Shown: positions 33,126 through 44,432, counted from the stretch's first letter. The stretch: 64,000 nucleotides of DNA from Alphaproteobacteria bacterium (GCA_009380075.1 WHSO01000006.1:13930-77929), one strand, 5' to 3'. Notes: generated from the sequence alone by a model not told the origin. Program-made: numbers and translations.

Positions 33126-33602
33126 ATGACGGCACTTCGCGTCATCTCGGGCGGGCAGACCGGTGTCGATCGCGCCGCGCTCGATGCCGCGTTGGAGGCG
33201 GGGCTTGACGTCGGCGGCTCGTGCCCCCGTAGCCGGCTGGCCGAGGACGGAACGATCCCCAGCATTTACCCCTTGCGTGAAACGCCCGGCCGCGACACCG
33301 CCGAACGGACCCGCGCCAATGTCGCCGAGGCCGATGCGACGCTGATTCTGGTTCCCGGCCCGGATCCCGCGGCGTGGGGAGGGGGTACCCGCCTCACCCG
33401 GCGCTGCGCACGCCGTCTGGGCAAGCCGCTTCGCGTCGCCGTCCTTGGCGGCCATGACGCCGTCGCGGTGGCCGGTGTTCGCGACTGGCTTCGCGCCAGC
33501 GGCGCCGTCACCCTCAACGTCGCCGGCCCGCGCGAGAGCATCGCACCGGGCATCTACGATAGGGCGCACCGGTTTCTCGTTAGCCTATTTGGGACGCCCT
33601 AG
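33126..33602 (+). CDS. Putative molybdenum carrier / SLOG (YpsA-like) protein
   Basis: ISGGQTGVDRAALD, RTRANV..ADATL and LNVAGPRES. Confidence 0.88.
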   Translation: MTALRVISGGQTGVDRAALDAALEAGLDVGGSCPRSRLAEDGTIPSIYPLRETPGRDTAERTRANVAEADATLILVPGPDPAAWGGGTRLTRRCARRLGKPLRVAVLGGHDAVAVAGVRDWLRASGAVTLNVAGPRESIAPGIYDRAHRFLVSLFGTP

Positions 33603-35092
33603 TTTCCCGCGGCGACCAGCTTGACCGTCTGCCCAGGGCGCAGGGCCTCGCCCGCGCCGAGGCCGTTGAGGGCGCGGAAGCGCTCGACCTTCAGCTTCTC
33701 GAACGGCAGGCGCGCCGCCAGGCTTTCCGCGGTCTCGCCGGCCCGCACCTGATGCAGGCGGATGCGCCAGGGCTTCCACGTGGCGGCTTCGGATGCCGAC
33801 ACGTTGCGGAAGGAATAGGTCGTTTCGCGGAACGCCTGCGACAAGCCTTGCGTCTTGGCCGTGGGGCTCAGGAACATCATCCGCCAGATCTGGGTCGCGC
33901 TGCCCTGGATCGCGACCAGCCGCAGGTCCATGGTGCCTTGGTTGGTGCGCGCGCGAACGGTTCCGGTCGCTGCCGGCAGGCCGTTGATGGTGACCTCCTC
34001 CCGGTTGTCGACGCGCAATCCCTTGGCCCAGACGTTGATCATGTAGTCGTACATGCTGCGCGTGCCCGGACGCTTGGCCCCGTCGAAGACGATGAGGGCG
34101 TTGTCCGGGCCCTTGGCGATGACACGCTGGGGCCCGTTGGCGAGCTCGAACCTCTCCGGCACGCGGAAGCGGAAGCGTAGTTCCGGATGCAGGAAGTCGC
34201 GGCCCCGCGCAAAGCCGTGGGACGGGCTGTCGCCGTAGATCATCCCGTCGATCTTGCGGAGGTAGACGTCGCGACCGACGATGGGATTGGCGACGGGAAT
34301 GTTCCCGGCGGCCTCCGCCGCGCGCTCGACCCGTTCGACGGTGCGCGGGTGGGTGGCCATCAGGTCGCGCTCGTCGATCTTGCCGGGGGGAAGACCCTGC
34401 AACTGCGCTTCCACCTGGGAATGGGCGCGGAGCGAGGCGAGGAAACTCGACATTGCCCGGGCGTCGAATCCGGCGCGCTTGAGATAACGCACGCCGAGCG
34501 TGTCGGCCTGGAACTCCTGGTCGCGGGAATAACCCCGCAGATAGAGCCCGGCGCCGGAGCCGGCGAGGTTCGCCAGTTCTCGCGATCCGGTCAGGATTCC
34601 GACGATGCCAACGCCGACCTGGGCCAGTACGCTCTGGCTGTAGCGCTGGGCCGAATGCCGCGCCGTGACATGGCCGATCTCGTGGGCGAGGACACCGGCG
34701 AGCTCGGCCTCGGAATTGGCCAGTGCCAGCAGCCCGCGCGACACGTGAACGTAGCCGCCCGGAAGCGCAAAAGCGTTGACCATGTCGCTGTCGAGCAGGG
34801 TAAAAGTGTATTTCAGGTTGGGGAGATCCGAGGCGCGCGCCAGCAACTGGCCGACGGAATCGACGTAGCGGACTAGGTCCCGGTCCGTCACCTCGCCACC
34901 GAAGGCGGCGACCAGCTTGGGATGTTCCGTGTCGCCGATCTTCTGCTCTTCCTCGGCCGACATGAAGCTGAGCATCTGTCCGCCGGTCGCGGGGTTGGTG
35001 GCGCAACCCGCAATCCACGGCACCAGCACCGCCAGCAGCGCCAGTGCCGATACCGCCCGTCCCCGGGGGTTGGACCTCATACGCATCCTCAT
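33599..35092 (-). CDS. M48 family zinc metalloprotease lipoprotein with a LysM-like C-terminus
   Basis: Lipobox IAGC, NAFALPGG, HEIGH, YSRDQEFQAD and THP. Confidence 0.92.
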   Translation of the reverse strand: MRMRMRSNPRGRAVSALALLAVLVPWIAGCATNPATGGQMLSFMSAEEEQKIGDTEHPKLVAAFGGEVTDRDLVRYVDSVGQLLARASDLPNLKYTFTLLDSDMVNAFALPGGYVHVSRGLLALANSEAELAGVLAHEIGHVTARHSAQRYSQSVLAQVGVGIVGILTGSRELANLAGSGAGLYLRGYSRDQEFQADTLGVRYLKRAGFDARAMSSFLASLRAHSQVEAQLQGLPPGKIDERDLMATHPRTVERVERAAEAAGNIPVANPIVGRDVYLRKIDGMIYGDSPSHGFARGRDFLHPELRFRFRVPERFELANGPQRVIAKGPDNALIVFDGAKRPGTRSMYDYMINVWAKGLRVDNREEVTINGLPAATGTVRARTNQGTMDLRLVAIQGSATQIWRMMFLSPTAKTQGLSQAFRETTYSFRNVSASEAATWKPWRIRLHQVRAGETAESLAARLPFEKLKVERFRALNGLGAGEALRPGQTVKLVAAGN

Positions 35093-35925
35093 GGTTCAAG
35101 CACCTCGATCTGTTCGGGGTGGGTGGATTCGATCATCGGCCCGTTGTAGCGGCGCAGCCATCCTCGTACCCGTACCCGCTTGCCCTGTAGGCCTTCCAGT
35201 TTACGGCCAAAAACGGGGCGAAATGTGGCATTTGCGCGCCTGGGTACGACGATGGTGAAATCCGTGCGCCAGTCCGGGCCGAAGTTGAGATAGCCCCGTC
35301 CGCGCACCTCGGCCACGGCAAGGACGCGGCCTTCGACCAGCTCGAACCCGCCGACGTAGCGGGCCGCCTCCTCGGCGCTGCGCACGCGATAATGGGCGAG
35401 CGACCAGATACCGCGCCGGGCGGCGCGGGCGGCGCGTTCGAGGGCGTACATCTCCCTCGTCGCGGCGCGGTTGTCTTCGAAGGTGTAGACCCGCGCGAGC
35501 CCCCGGGCCAGCATCTCCCCCTGCAGCCAGAGCCCGTCGTCGCGCACCAGATGCGCCAGCCCCCGGCCATGCCGGTCCGCCCGCGCCCCGCCGAAATGCG
35601 GCGTCACGCGCCGGCCGAGGGCGAGTGATTCGAGTACCTTGCGTGCCTCCGGCGCCAGCGGCCAGGTCGGGAAACCGGCGCGGCCGAGTGGCAGCTTGGG
35701 GGCCTGGATGCCGACGAGGCGCACGGTGCGTCCGTCGGTCAGCACCACGGTGTCGCCGTCGGTTACCTCGACCGCCGTGCCGGGCGGGCCCGCGACCAGT
35801 CCGGGCGGCAGGACGGTACCCTCGCGCGCCGGGGCTGGTTGCGCTCCGGCCCCGAACAGGAAGGCCAGCGCCACGACGATCCTGAACGTCGCGGCAGCCG
35901 TGACGGCGGCCTGAATGATCATCAT
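35089..35925 (-). CDS. Thermonuclease (SNase) family protein with a C-terminal OB-fold
   Basis: VTDGDT, VRLVGIQAP, DRHGRGLAH and ERAARAARRGIW; start codon uncertain. Confidence 0.88.
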   Translation of the reverse strand: MMIIQAAVTAAATFRIVVALAFLFGAGAQPAPAREGTVLPPGLVAGPPGTAVEVTDGDTVVLTDGRTVRLVGIQAPKLPLGRAGFPTWPLAPEARKVLESLALGRRVTPHFGGARADRHGRGLAHLVRDDGLWLQGEMLARGLARVYTFEDNRAATREMYALERAARAARRGIWSLAHYRVRSAEEAARYVGGFELVEGRVLAVAEVRGRGYLNFGPDWRTDFTIVVPRRANATFRPVFGRKLEGLQGKRVRVRGWLRRYNGPMIESTHPEQIEVLEP

Positions 35926-36022
35926 GGCGACAGTGTAGCGCCGCGCCATCGTACGGCAAACGTGCCGAAAGTCGTCGCGGCGCCACCAGCGCCTTTGACC
36001 GCACGGCCACGGCCTCGGTAAG

Positions 36023-37024
36023 ATGGCCGTTATAATGGACCAGACCACCACGATCCGCCGCACGGCGCTATATCCGCCCATCGAACCCTTTGAAACCGGG
36101 ATGATCGACCTCGACAGCCGGCATCGCATGTATTTCGAGGTGTCCGGCAAGGCCGACGGCGTGCCGGTCGTGTTCCTGCACGGCGGGCCGGGGGCGGGGA
36201 CCCATGCCCACCACCGGCGCTATTTCGATCCGCGCCATTACCGCATCGTGCTGTTCGACCAGCGCGGCGCCGGCCGGTCGGAACCGTTCGGCGAGCTTGC
36301 CGACAACACGACGGCGCATCTCGTCGCCGACATGGAAACGCTGCGCCGGTATCTCGGTGTCGAGCGCTGGCTCCTGTTCGGCGGCTCGTGGGGCTCGACC
36401 CTGGCCTTGGCCTATGCGGAAAGCCATCCGGACCGCGTCATCGGCATGGTCCTGCGCGGCATCTTCCTCGCCCGCGCGTTCGAGGTGGACTGGTTCCTCC
36501 ACGGCATGCGGGCGTTCTTTCCCGAGGCCTGGGATCGCTTCGCCGGTTTCCTGCCGCCGGAGGAGCGCGGCGACCTTCTCACCGGTTACCACCGCCGCTT
36601 GGCCGATCCCGATCCCGAGGTGCATATGCCGGCGGCGCGGGTCTGGAGCACTTATGAAGGCGCCTGCTCGACCCTGCGCCACGATCCGGACATCGAGGCG
36701 GAGTTCGGCGCCTCGCGCACGGCCCTGGGGCTCGCGCGCCTCGAGGCCCATTACTTCGTCAACCGCCTGTTCATGGCGGAGAACCAGTTGATCGACAACA
36801 TCGGCATGGTGTCCGGCATCCCGGCGACGGTGGTGCAGGGACGCTACGACGTGGTCTGCCCGATCCGTTCCGCCGATGAACTGGTGCGTCACTGGCCCGG
36901 CGAGCCTGGCGCCAACGGGCTCGACTACCGAGTCATCGCCGATTCCGGCCATGCGGCTTCCGAACCCGGGACCCGCGCCGCCCTCATCGCCGCCACCGAA
37001 CGCTACAAGGCCCTGATTCCCTGA
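36023..37024 (+). CDS. pip: Proline iminopeptidase
   Basis: FLHGGPG, FDQRGAGRS, FGGSWGSTL and QGRYDVVCP. Confidence 0.95.
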   Translation: MAVIMDQTTTIRRTALYPPIEPFETGMIDLDSRHRMYFEVSGKADGVPVVFLHGGPGAGTHAHHRRYFDPRHYRIVLFDQRGAGRSEPFGELADNTTAHLVADMETLRRYLGVERWLLFGGSWGSTLALAYAESHPDRVIGMVLRGIFLARAFEVDWFLHGMRAFFPEAWDRFAGFLPPEERGDLLTGYHRRLADPDPEVHMPAARVWSTYEGACSTLRHDPDIEAEFGASRTALGLARLEAHYFVNRLFMAENQLIDNIGMVSGIPATVVQGRYDVVCPIRSADELVRHWPGEPGANGLDYRVIADSGHAASEPGTRAALIAATERYKALIP

Positions 37025-37185
37025 GGCCACGGGCCACGGCCGCAGGGGGGCTCCTCGACCGCATGCCTTGCGGCGGGGACGCTCCCTTCCTAGAATGCGG
37101 CGCCTGCACGAGCGGGCAACAACAATGGGGAAAATGGGGGGCGATCTTGGGCGGCGCGACGAGCAGGCTGGAGACCTTTGATTTC

Positions 37186-37707
37186 ATGCGGAATGGGATG
37201 GCGGCGCTCCGCTGCGCCGTGGTCCCCGCGCTGCTGCTCGCAGGCCTTGCGCTGGCCCCGGCGGCACGGGCGCAGGATCCGGAATACCTGATCTTCGGCG
37301 CCGGCGTCTTCGACATGAACGACGACGACACCGCGCCGATGCTCAGCATCGAATTCATCGACGACCGCAAGTGGCTGTGGGAATTCAAGCCGATGACCGG
37401 CTTCTTCCTCAACTTCGACGGTGGCATGTACGCCTACGCGGGCCTCGCCCTCGACTTCCACCTTGGGCGGCGCTTCGTGCTGACGCCGTCGCTGGCGCCG
37501 GGCCTTTACTTTGAAGGCGACAGCAAGGACCTCGGCCATGTGATCGAGTTCCGTTCCTCGATCAAGGCGTCGTGGCAGTTCGACGACAGCTCGCGTGTCG
37601 GTCTCGACCTCAGCCACATCTCCAATGCCGGCCTCGGCAGCCGCAACCCCGGCGCCAACCAGCTCATGGTGATCTATTCGCGACCGCTTGGCGCCGGGGC
37701 GAAGTAG
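37186..37707 (+). CDS. PagL-like lipid A 3-O-deacylase / acyloxyacyl hydrolase
   Basis: Signal peptide, DLGHVIEFRS and HISNAGLGSRNPGAN. Confidence 0.85.
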   Translation: MRNGMAALRCAVVPALLLAGLALAPAARAQDPEYLIFGAGVFDMNDDDTAPMLSIEFIDDRKWLWEFKPMTGFFLNFDGGMYAYAGLALDFHLGRRFVLTPSLAPGLYFEGDSKDLGHVIEFRSSIKASWQFDDSSRVGLDLSHISNAGLGSRNPGANQLMVIYSRPLGAGAK

Positions 37708-37722
37708 GCTCGACGCCATCGT

Positions 37723-37765
37723 AAAAAAGAAGCCCCGGCGAGCGGTCGCCGGGGCTTTCTGGTTT
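37723..37765. terminator. Bidirectional intrinsic terminator
   Basis: A-run, then AAGCCCCGGCGA-GCGG-TCGCCGGGGCTT, then a T-rich tail; lies between convergent genes. Confidence 0.8.
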
Positions 37766-37782
37766 CCTACTTTACGTCGGGA

Positions 37783-40044
<2,262 letters not shown>

Positions 40045-40155
40045 ACATTGTCAATGGGAACGGACCGATGCGGAGATGGGCGCGATGCCTGTGTTCCGCG
40101 GACCCCGGCGATGGGGATGAAAATCCCTTTCGGGTCTGTGCTATAAGCGGCCCGG

Positions 40156-40232
40156 GCGCCCGTAGCTCAGCCGGATAGAGCACAGGATTCCTAATCCTGG
40201 GGTCGTGGGTTCGAATCCCGCCGGGCGCGCCA
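40156..40232 (+). tRNA. tRNA-Arg (anticodon CCT)
   Basis: Acceptor stem GCGCCCG/CGGGCGC, D arm AGCTCAGCCGGATAGAGC, anticodon arm CAGGA-TTCCTAA-TCCTG, T loop GTTCGAATC, encoded CCA. Confidence 0.97.
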
Positions 40233-40489
40233 TCATCCCGATTGGACGAACGCCATCGTTTCCCGATTTTTTAAGCTTGATGTGAGGGGACACTTAGTAT
40301 GGACTCTCGGGGGACCCGGCGGTTAGGGGTGGATAAGGGCAAATAACGGCGGCTGGCTGCGGTGTCCAGGGCAGCGGGGCGCGCACTGCGAATCGTTCTT
40401 AAGCGCCAGTTGCGCGACGACGGCGCCACATAAAATGGAGTCGCCGGGAATCGGCGGAAGCGGCGCAGGCTGGGCGAGTCGGGAAAATG

Positions 40490-40626
40490 GACGACTCAAT
40501 ATTCACACCATTAAAGAGTCGTTACGACTCTTTAATCGACGAACGACTCTAAATTCAAGAAAGCGCAGAAAACCGCGCCGACTGGTGAGGTCGGCGCGGT
40601 TTTGAGTAACGGAATATTGAGTCGTC
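40490..40626. repeat. Nested inverted-repeat element
   Basis: Perfect 15-bp outer IR GACGACTCAATATTC (40490-40504 and 40612-40626) enclosing a 13-bp palindrome (40510-40536) and a 14-bp hairpin (40569-40603). Confidence 0.9.
40569..40603. terminator. Probable bidirectional terminator hairpin
   Basis: AAAACCGCGCCGAC-TGGTGAG-GTCGGCGCGGTTTT, about 50 bp past the stop of the leftward repressor operon. Confidence 0.6.
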
Positions 40627-40652
40627 GATGCCCGATTAAACGGGCCTTGTCA

Positions 40653-41018
40653 TCAGGGGCGGGCGCGCCACGCCGCGATCCGCACCAGCTGCTCGATCTG
40701 GCAGCCTTCGCCGTGCGGCACCATCAGATTCACGATGACGTTGTTATCCCCAATGACGACGGTGGCCCGCGCGCCGCCGACGGCGGGCGAGCGCGCCCCG
40801 GCGCCCGGGCCCCCTTCGCCGTCTTGCCCTGGCTTCTGTTCGCCCGGCACCAGGTCATCGAGCAGTGCCTGCATGCGGGTTCGCCTCACATCCAGAGATT
40901 CAGCCATAGTGCCCCCACTGCCTTGCGGCTCGGCCGGTTGAACTTCTCCCACGGTGTCAGGGTCGCTCCCGCGAATTAACAGTTCGTAAACGAGCCGCAG
41001 ACTCAGGGGTGCCGCCAT
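40653..41018 (-). CDS. Hypothetical protein downstream of the repressor (phage immunity region-like)
   Basis: GGAG RBS just after the repressor stop; contains a VVIGDNNVIV segment; alternative start at 40907. Confidence 0.55.
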   Translation of the reverse strand: MAAPLSLRLVYELLIRGSDPDTVGEVQPAEPQGSGGTMAESLDVRRTRMQALLDDLVPGEQKPGQDGEGGPGAGARSPAVGGARATVVIGDNNVIVNLMVPHGEGCQIEQLVRIAAWRARP

Positions 41019-41029
41019 GTCGATGGCTC

Positions 41030-41530
41030 CTATTCCAGGGCGTCCAGGAGTTCGAGCAGCCGGGCCGCGGAATCGGCCTTAGCCTGGCCGCCGGCGGGGG
41101 GCTCCAGCAGCTCGGCGTAAAGATGGGCGATCCAGAGGGCCTTTCTCTCCGGGGTCATCGTCCGGCCGACCTTGGACAAATGCCCCTCAAGCATCCCGAT
41201 CGCGTTCACCAGGACGCCGTGGTCAACGGAATTGGCGCCCCGTCCGGCTGCAGCGCGCTCGGCCTGGGCCGCGCTCAGCGTGCCGCCCATCAGCTCGAAA
41301 GCCGCCAGCGCCTTGGCGTCGTCCGTATCCTTCAGCCGCTGCCATAGGAGCGGGAAGAGGGGTTCCCCCGTCACAGCCGAGAGACGTGCCAAAAAATCAA
41401 CGTCGGGGGTGCTCTCCCCGCGCTCGTACATACCCAGGGTATTGGGGTGAATGCCCACATCAGGCGCGAAGTCTTTGATCGACTTGCCGGTTTTAGTACG
41501 TGCCTCGCGGATGAGGTCGCCCAAGGTCAT
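41030..41530 (-). CDS. XRE/Cro-CI family HTH repressor
   Basis: LGDLIREAR..SIKDFAPDVGIHPNTLGMYERGESTPDVDFL; no S24 peptidase domain apparent. Confidence 0.9.
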   Translation of the reverse strand: MTLGDLIREARTKTGKSIKDFAPDVGIHPNTLGMYERGESTPDVDFLARLSAVTGEPLFPLLWQRLKDTDDAKALAAFELMGGTLSAAQAERAAAGRGANSVDHGVLVNAIGMLEGHLSKVGRTMTPERKALWIAHLYAELLEPPAGGQAKADSAARLLELLDALE

Positions 41531-41553
41531 GTGCTGTTAACCTCGTTCTTGTG

Positions 41554-41583
41554 TTGACTCGATACAAAGACTTGGGTTATCAT
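41554..41583 (+). promoter_or_regulatory. Sigma70-type promoter for the ner-like gene, probably leaderless
   Basis: TTGACT-N18-TATCAT with the ATG 7 nt downstream; the -35 box overlaps a GACTC site. Confidence 0.6.
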
Positions 41584-41590
41584 CCGCTCC

Positions 41591-41914
41591 ATGCAAATTA
41601 ACACCTTAATCAATGACATCCCAAAAAAGCCCGCCCTACGGCGGGAGTGGATCAAGTACCAGTTCCGCCTGCGCGGCTATTCGGTGCACGCATTCGCGGA
41701 GAGCATCGGCGTCCGGCCCCCGGCGGTCTCGAACGCCTTCTGGAAGCCTTCGAGCCACATCCAGCAGGAGATAGCCGACTTCCTGGGCATCCCGCCGGGG
41801 GTGCTGTTCCCGGAGTTCTACACCGACGACGGCCGCCTGATCCCAGGGACGAAACCTCGCAACCGTAGCCGCAAGCCGACGAAGAGTCACCGTTCAAAAG
41901 GACGGGCGGCATGA
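41591..41914 (+). CDS. Ner/Nlp-like DNA-binding protein (Mu-like phage Cro analogue)
   Basis: WIKYQFRLRGYSVHAFAESIGV..AVSNAF..IADFLGIPPGVLFPEFY; divergent from the repressor. Confidence 0.85.
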   Translation: MQINTLINDIPKKPALRREWIKYQFRLRGYSVHAFAESIGVRPPAVSNAFWKPSSHIQQEIADFLGIPPGVLFPEFYTDDGRLIPGTKPRNRSRKPTKSHRSKGRAA

Positions 41915-42081
41915 ACACGGCGGCGGCCTTCCTTGACACTCTTCGCCGGGGAGCAGCGACCCCGGCAAGGCCCTGCGCGGCGGGCGTGTGCCGCGCACGC
42001 TTACCTGCCCAAAAATCCATGGGCGGTTCCTCTCCGACACTTGAACCCCCGATCCGGCTGAGGGAAGGGGGGTTCGCCTGA
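41911..42081 (+). CDS. Short ORF (56 aa) coupled to the ner-like gene, possibly a phage remnant
   Basis: ATGA overlap with the ner stop; MNTAAAFLDTLRRG..GGFA; no recognisable domain. Confidence 0.35.
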   Translation: MNTAAAFLDTLRRGAATPARPCAAGVCRARLPAQKSMGGSSPTLEPPIRLREGGFA

Positions 42082-42153
42082 AATAAGCAGGAATACCCCC
42101 AAGGCGCCCGCAGCGGGCACGGCAGATATCGTCGGAAGTCGGATTAGCGGCGT

Positions 42154-43152
42154 TCAGGTCTTCGCCACCCGGCTCCCGTTGCGGCGGTGCCACGCCACGG
42201 CGGTCGTGACGATCGTGTCGATATCCGACATCTCCGGCTGCCAGCCCAGCTCGCGCCGTGCTTTCGATGCGTCGGCAATGAGCATGGGCGGGTCCCCGGC
42301 GCGGCGCGGGCCGATCCGGAAGGGCCGCTCCGATCCGCAGGCGCGGGCGACGGCGGCGGCGATCTCGAGCACCGTGGTGCCTTGTCCGGTGCCGAGGTTG
42401 AAGGCATGAAAGCCCGACCGGCCGAGGATCCATTCTCCAGCCAGAACATGGGCCCGCGCCAGGTCATCGACATGGATGTAATCGCGCACCGCACTGCCGT
42501 CGCGGGTATCGAAATCGTTGCCGAAGACGGTGAACGGCTGGTTGTCCGACAGCGCGCCGGCGATGGCGAGCGGAATGGCATGGGTTTCGGGCTCGTGGCA
42601 TTCGCCGATGTCGCCCTCGGCGTCGCAGCCCGCGGCGTTGAAGTAGCGCAGCGCCACGCTGGCGAGTCCGTAGGCCGGCGCGAAGTCCGCGAGCATGCGT
42701 TCGATCACGAGCTTCGACCAGCCGTAGGGATTGACCGGCCATTGCGGATGGTGCTCTCCGATCGGGATGTGCTTGGGAACGCCGTAGGTCGCGCAGGTGC
42801 TTGAGAAGATGAGCTTGGAGACGCCGCCCGCCCGCATGCGCTCCAGCAAGGTGAAGGTGCCGAGGCAGTTGTTGCGGTAATAGAGCTCGGGCTCCTTGAC
42901 CGATTCCTCCACATAGGCGAAGGCCGCAAAATGCGCGACGAGGTCGGGCTTGTAGGCGGCAAGCGCCGCATCCACGGCGGCGGCGTCGGCGATATCGCCG
43001 TCGACCAGCGGTCCCCACTTCACCGCCTCGGCATGCCCGCGCGACAGGTTGTCGAAGGTCACGACTTTCCACCCGGCACGCGCGAAGGCCTTGCAGCAAT
43101 GCGACCCGACATAGCCGGCACCGCCCGTCACCAGGATCGTTCGCTCGCTCAC
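42154..43152 (-). CDS. galE: UDP-glucose 4-epimerase
   Basis: VTGGAGYVGSH, FSSTCATYG, NPYGWSK, LRYFNAAG and RDYIHVDDLA. Confidence 0.95.
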   Translation of the reverse strand: MSERTILVTGGAGYVGSHCCKAFARAGWKVVTFDNLSRGHAEAVKWGPLVDGDIADAAAVDAALAAYKPDLVAHFAAFAYVEESVKEPELYYRNNCLGTFTLLERMRAGGVSKLIFSSTCATYGVPKHIPIGEHHPQWPVNPYGWSKLVIERMLADFAPAYGLASVALRYFNAAGCDAEGDIGECHEPETHAIPLAIAGALSDNQPFTVFGNDFDTRDGSAVRDYIHVDDLARAHVLAGEWILGRSGFHAFNLGTGQGTTVLEIAAAVARACGSERPFRIGPRRAGDPPMLIADASKARRELGWQPEMSDIDTIVTTAVAWHRRNGSRVAKT

Positions 43153-43406
43153 GCCGGTATCCTGCCCTTCTCCATCCGTTGCCGGAAACAGCCGATCGTC
43201 TTCCGCCGGCTGTCCTCCGGCTTCCCGAAACCGCTATAACCCGTATCCCTGCCGGGCACAACGAAGACCCGGGGCCCTTCATTTGGACCGCGGGCGTGCA
43301 GTGTATCCCGGCTGCTGTTGGTCGAGGGAACCGGACGAACGTTAGTATCGCATCATTGAGCTTTTCTTAACGGCGGGACACGCGCGCAGGTTGTCAGAGG
43401 GGCGAG

Positions 43407-44273
43407 TCACGTCTTCTCGCAGACGAAGACCTTTTCACCGAAGGTGAAGCCGAAGCGGATCGCGTCCGCGCCCTCGCCAGTGAATTCGCGCAAGGCGAAG
43501 CCCGCATCGCGCACGCGGTCGCGGAAATCGGCGCCGTAGCGCCGCACGTGGTCCTTCTGTCCGAAATGCAGCTCGCGCGTGCCGGGATCGCGGACCTGTG
43601 GGTCCTCGTAGGTCCGGCGGCAACCCTCGGCCAGCGGCACCATCGCTACCAGACGCCCGCCGGGCATGAGCACCCGGCGGATCTCCGCGAGCGCCCGGCG
43701 GTCGTCCACGTGTTCGAGCACGTGGGAACACAGCACCGTGTCGAAGGTCCCGTCGGGCACATCCATGTTTTCGATATCGAGCTGGATATCGGCGGTCGGG
43801 TCGGCGATGTCGGCGGAGACGTAGAGCAGGCAGGACTGGCGCAGGGTGGTCGCGATCAGCGGCTCGGGCGCGAAATGCAGAAGCGCCTTCGCCTCCCGCA
43901 GGATGCCGTGGGAGCGGTCGACGTAAGCCAGCAGGCGGTGGCGCTCGAGCGCGCCGCAACAGGGGCAGCGCGCTTCCGGCCGCGGCGGCAGCCCGAACGG
44001 CAGGAAACGTCCCGCGAAGCCGCAGAGCGGACAGACGTGGTCGTGGCGCGGCTCCAGACTGGCGAGGATGCTGAGCGCATAGTCGTCGTCGACGCAGGCC
44101 TCCCCCGATACCAGGTATCGGGCGAGGCGAAGGCGCCGCTTGCCCCTCCGGACGGCCGCGATGGCCTTCGCCGCGGCCCGCCCGCGTGCGTTCCGGGCGG
44201 CGGCGGCCGTGGTCCGGAGGACACCGCTCAGCAGGGGCAATCGTTCGAAGTTCCGTTCGACCATGACGCGCAC
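43407..44273 (-). CDS. Class I SAM-dependent methyltransferase with a Cys-rich N-terminal region
   Basis: [30 protein letters not shown] and FGQKDHVR; start codon uncertain. Confidence 0.85.
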   Translation of the reverse strand: MRVMVERNFERLPLLSGVLRTTAAAARNARGRAAAKAIAAVRRGKRRLRLARYLVSGEACVDDDYALSILASLEPRHDHVCPLCGFAGRFLPFGLPPRPEARCPCCGALERHRLLAYVDRSHGILREAKALLHFAPEPLIATTLRQSCLLYVSADIADPTADIQLDIENMDVPDGTFDTVLCSHVLEHVDDRRALAEIRRVLMPGGRLVAMVPLAEGCRRTYEDPQVRDPGTRELHFGQKDHVRRYGADFRDRVRDAGFALREFTGEGADAIRFGFTFGEKVFVCEKT

Positions 44274-44432
44274 TTCCCATCCCAGGCCAGGGGCGAAACG
44301 GGCCTGTTTTTCCCAGATGGTGAGTTAGGACAGGCCGTCTCCCGGGATAGTTCCCCGCATCCTGCGCCGGTTGCCCGGTGCGGTCCCGGTGCGCTAACGT
44401 TGGCACCCACCAACCGATGGCGACCCCTCACC

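Larger units (their letters stand above)
40233..42140. mobile_element. Degenerate or domesticated prophage regulatory module next to tRNA-Arg
   Basis: Divergent repressor/Ner pair plus repeat array; no integrase, transposase or structural genes seen; boundaries approximate. Confidence 0.6.

Noticed and set aside
40438-40626. CRISPR array or retron msr-msd interpretation of the repeats
   Set aside because: The repeats are short, inverted and irregularly spaced, with no spacers; no cas or reverse transcriptase gene is in the window.
43244-43260. ATCCCTGCCGGGCAC as a possible attR copy of the tRNA-Arg 3' end
   Set aside because: The match is short, gapped and GC-rich, and cannot be distinguished from chance.
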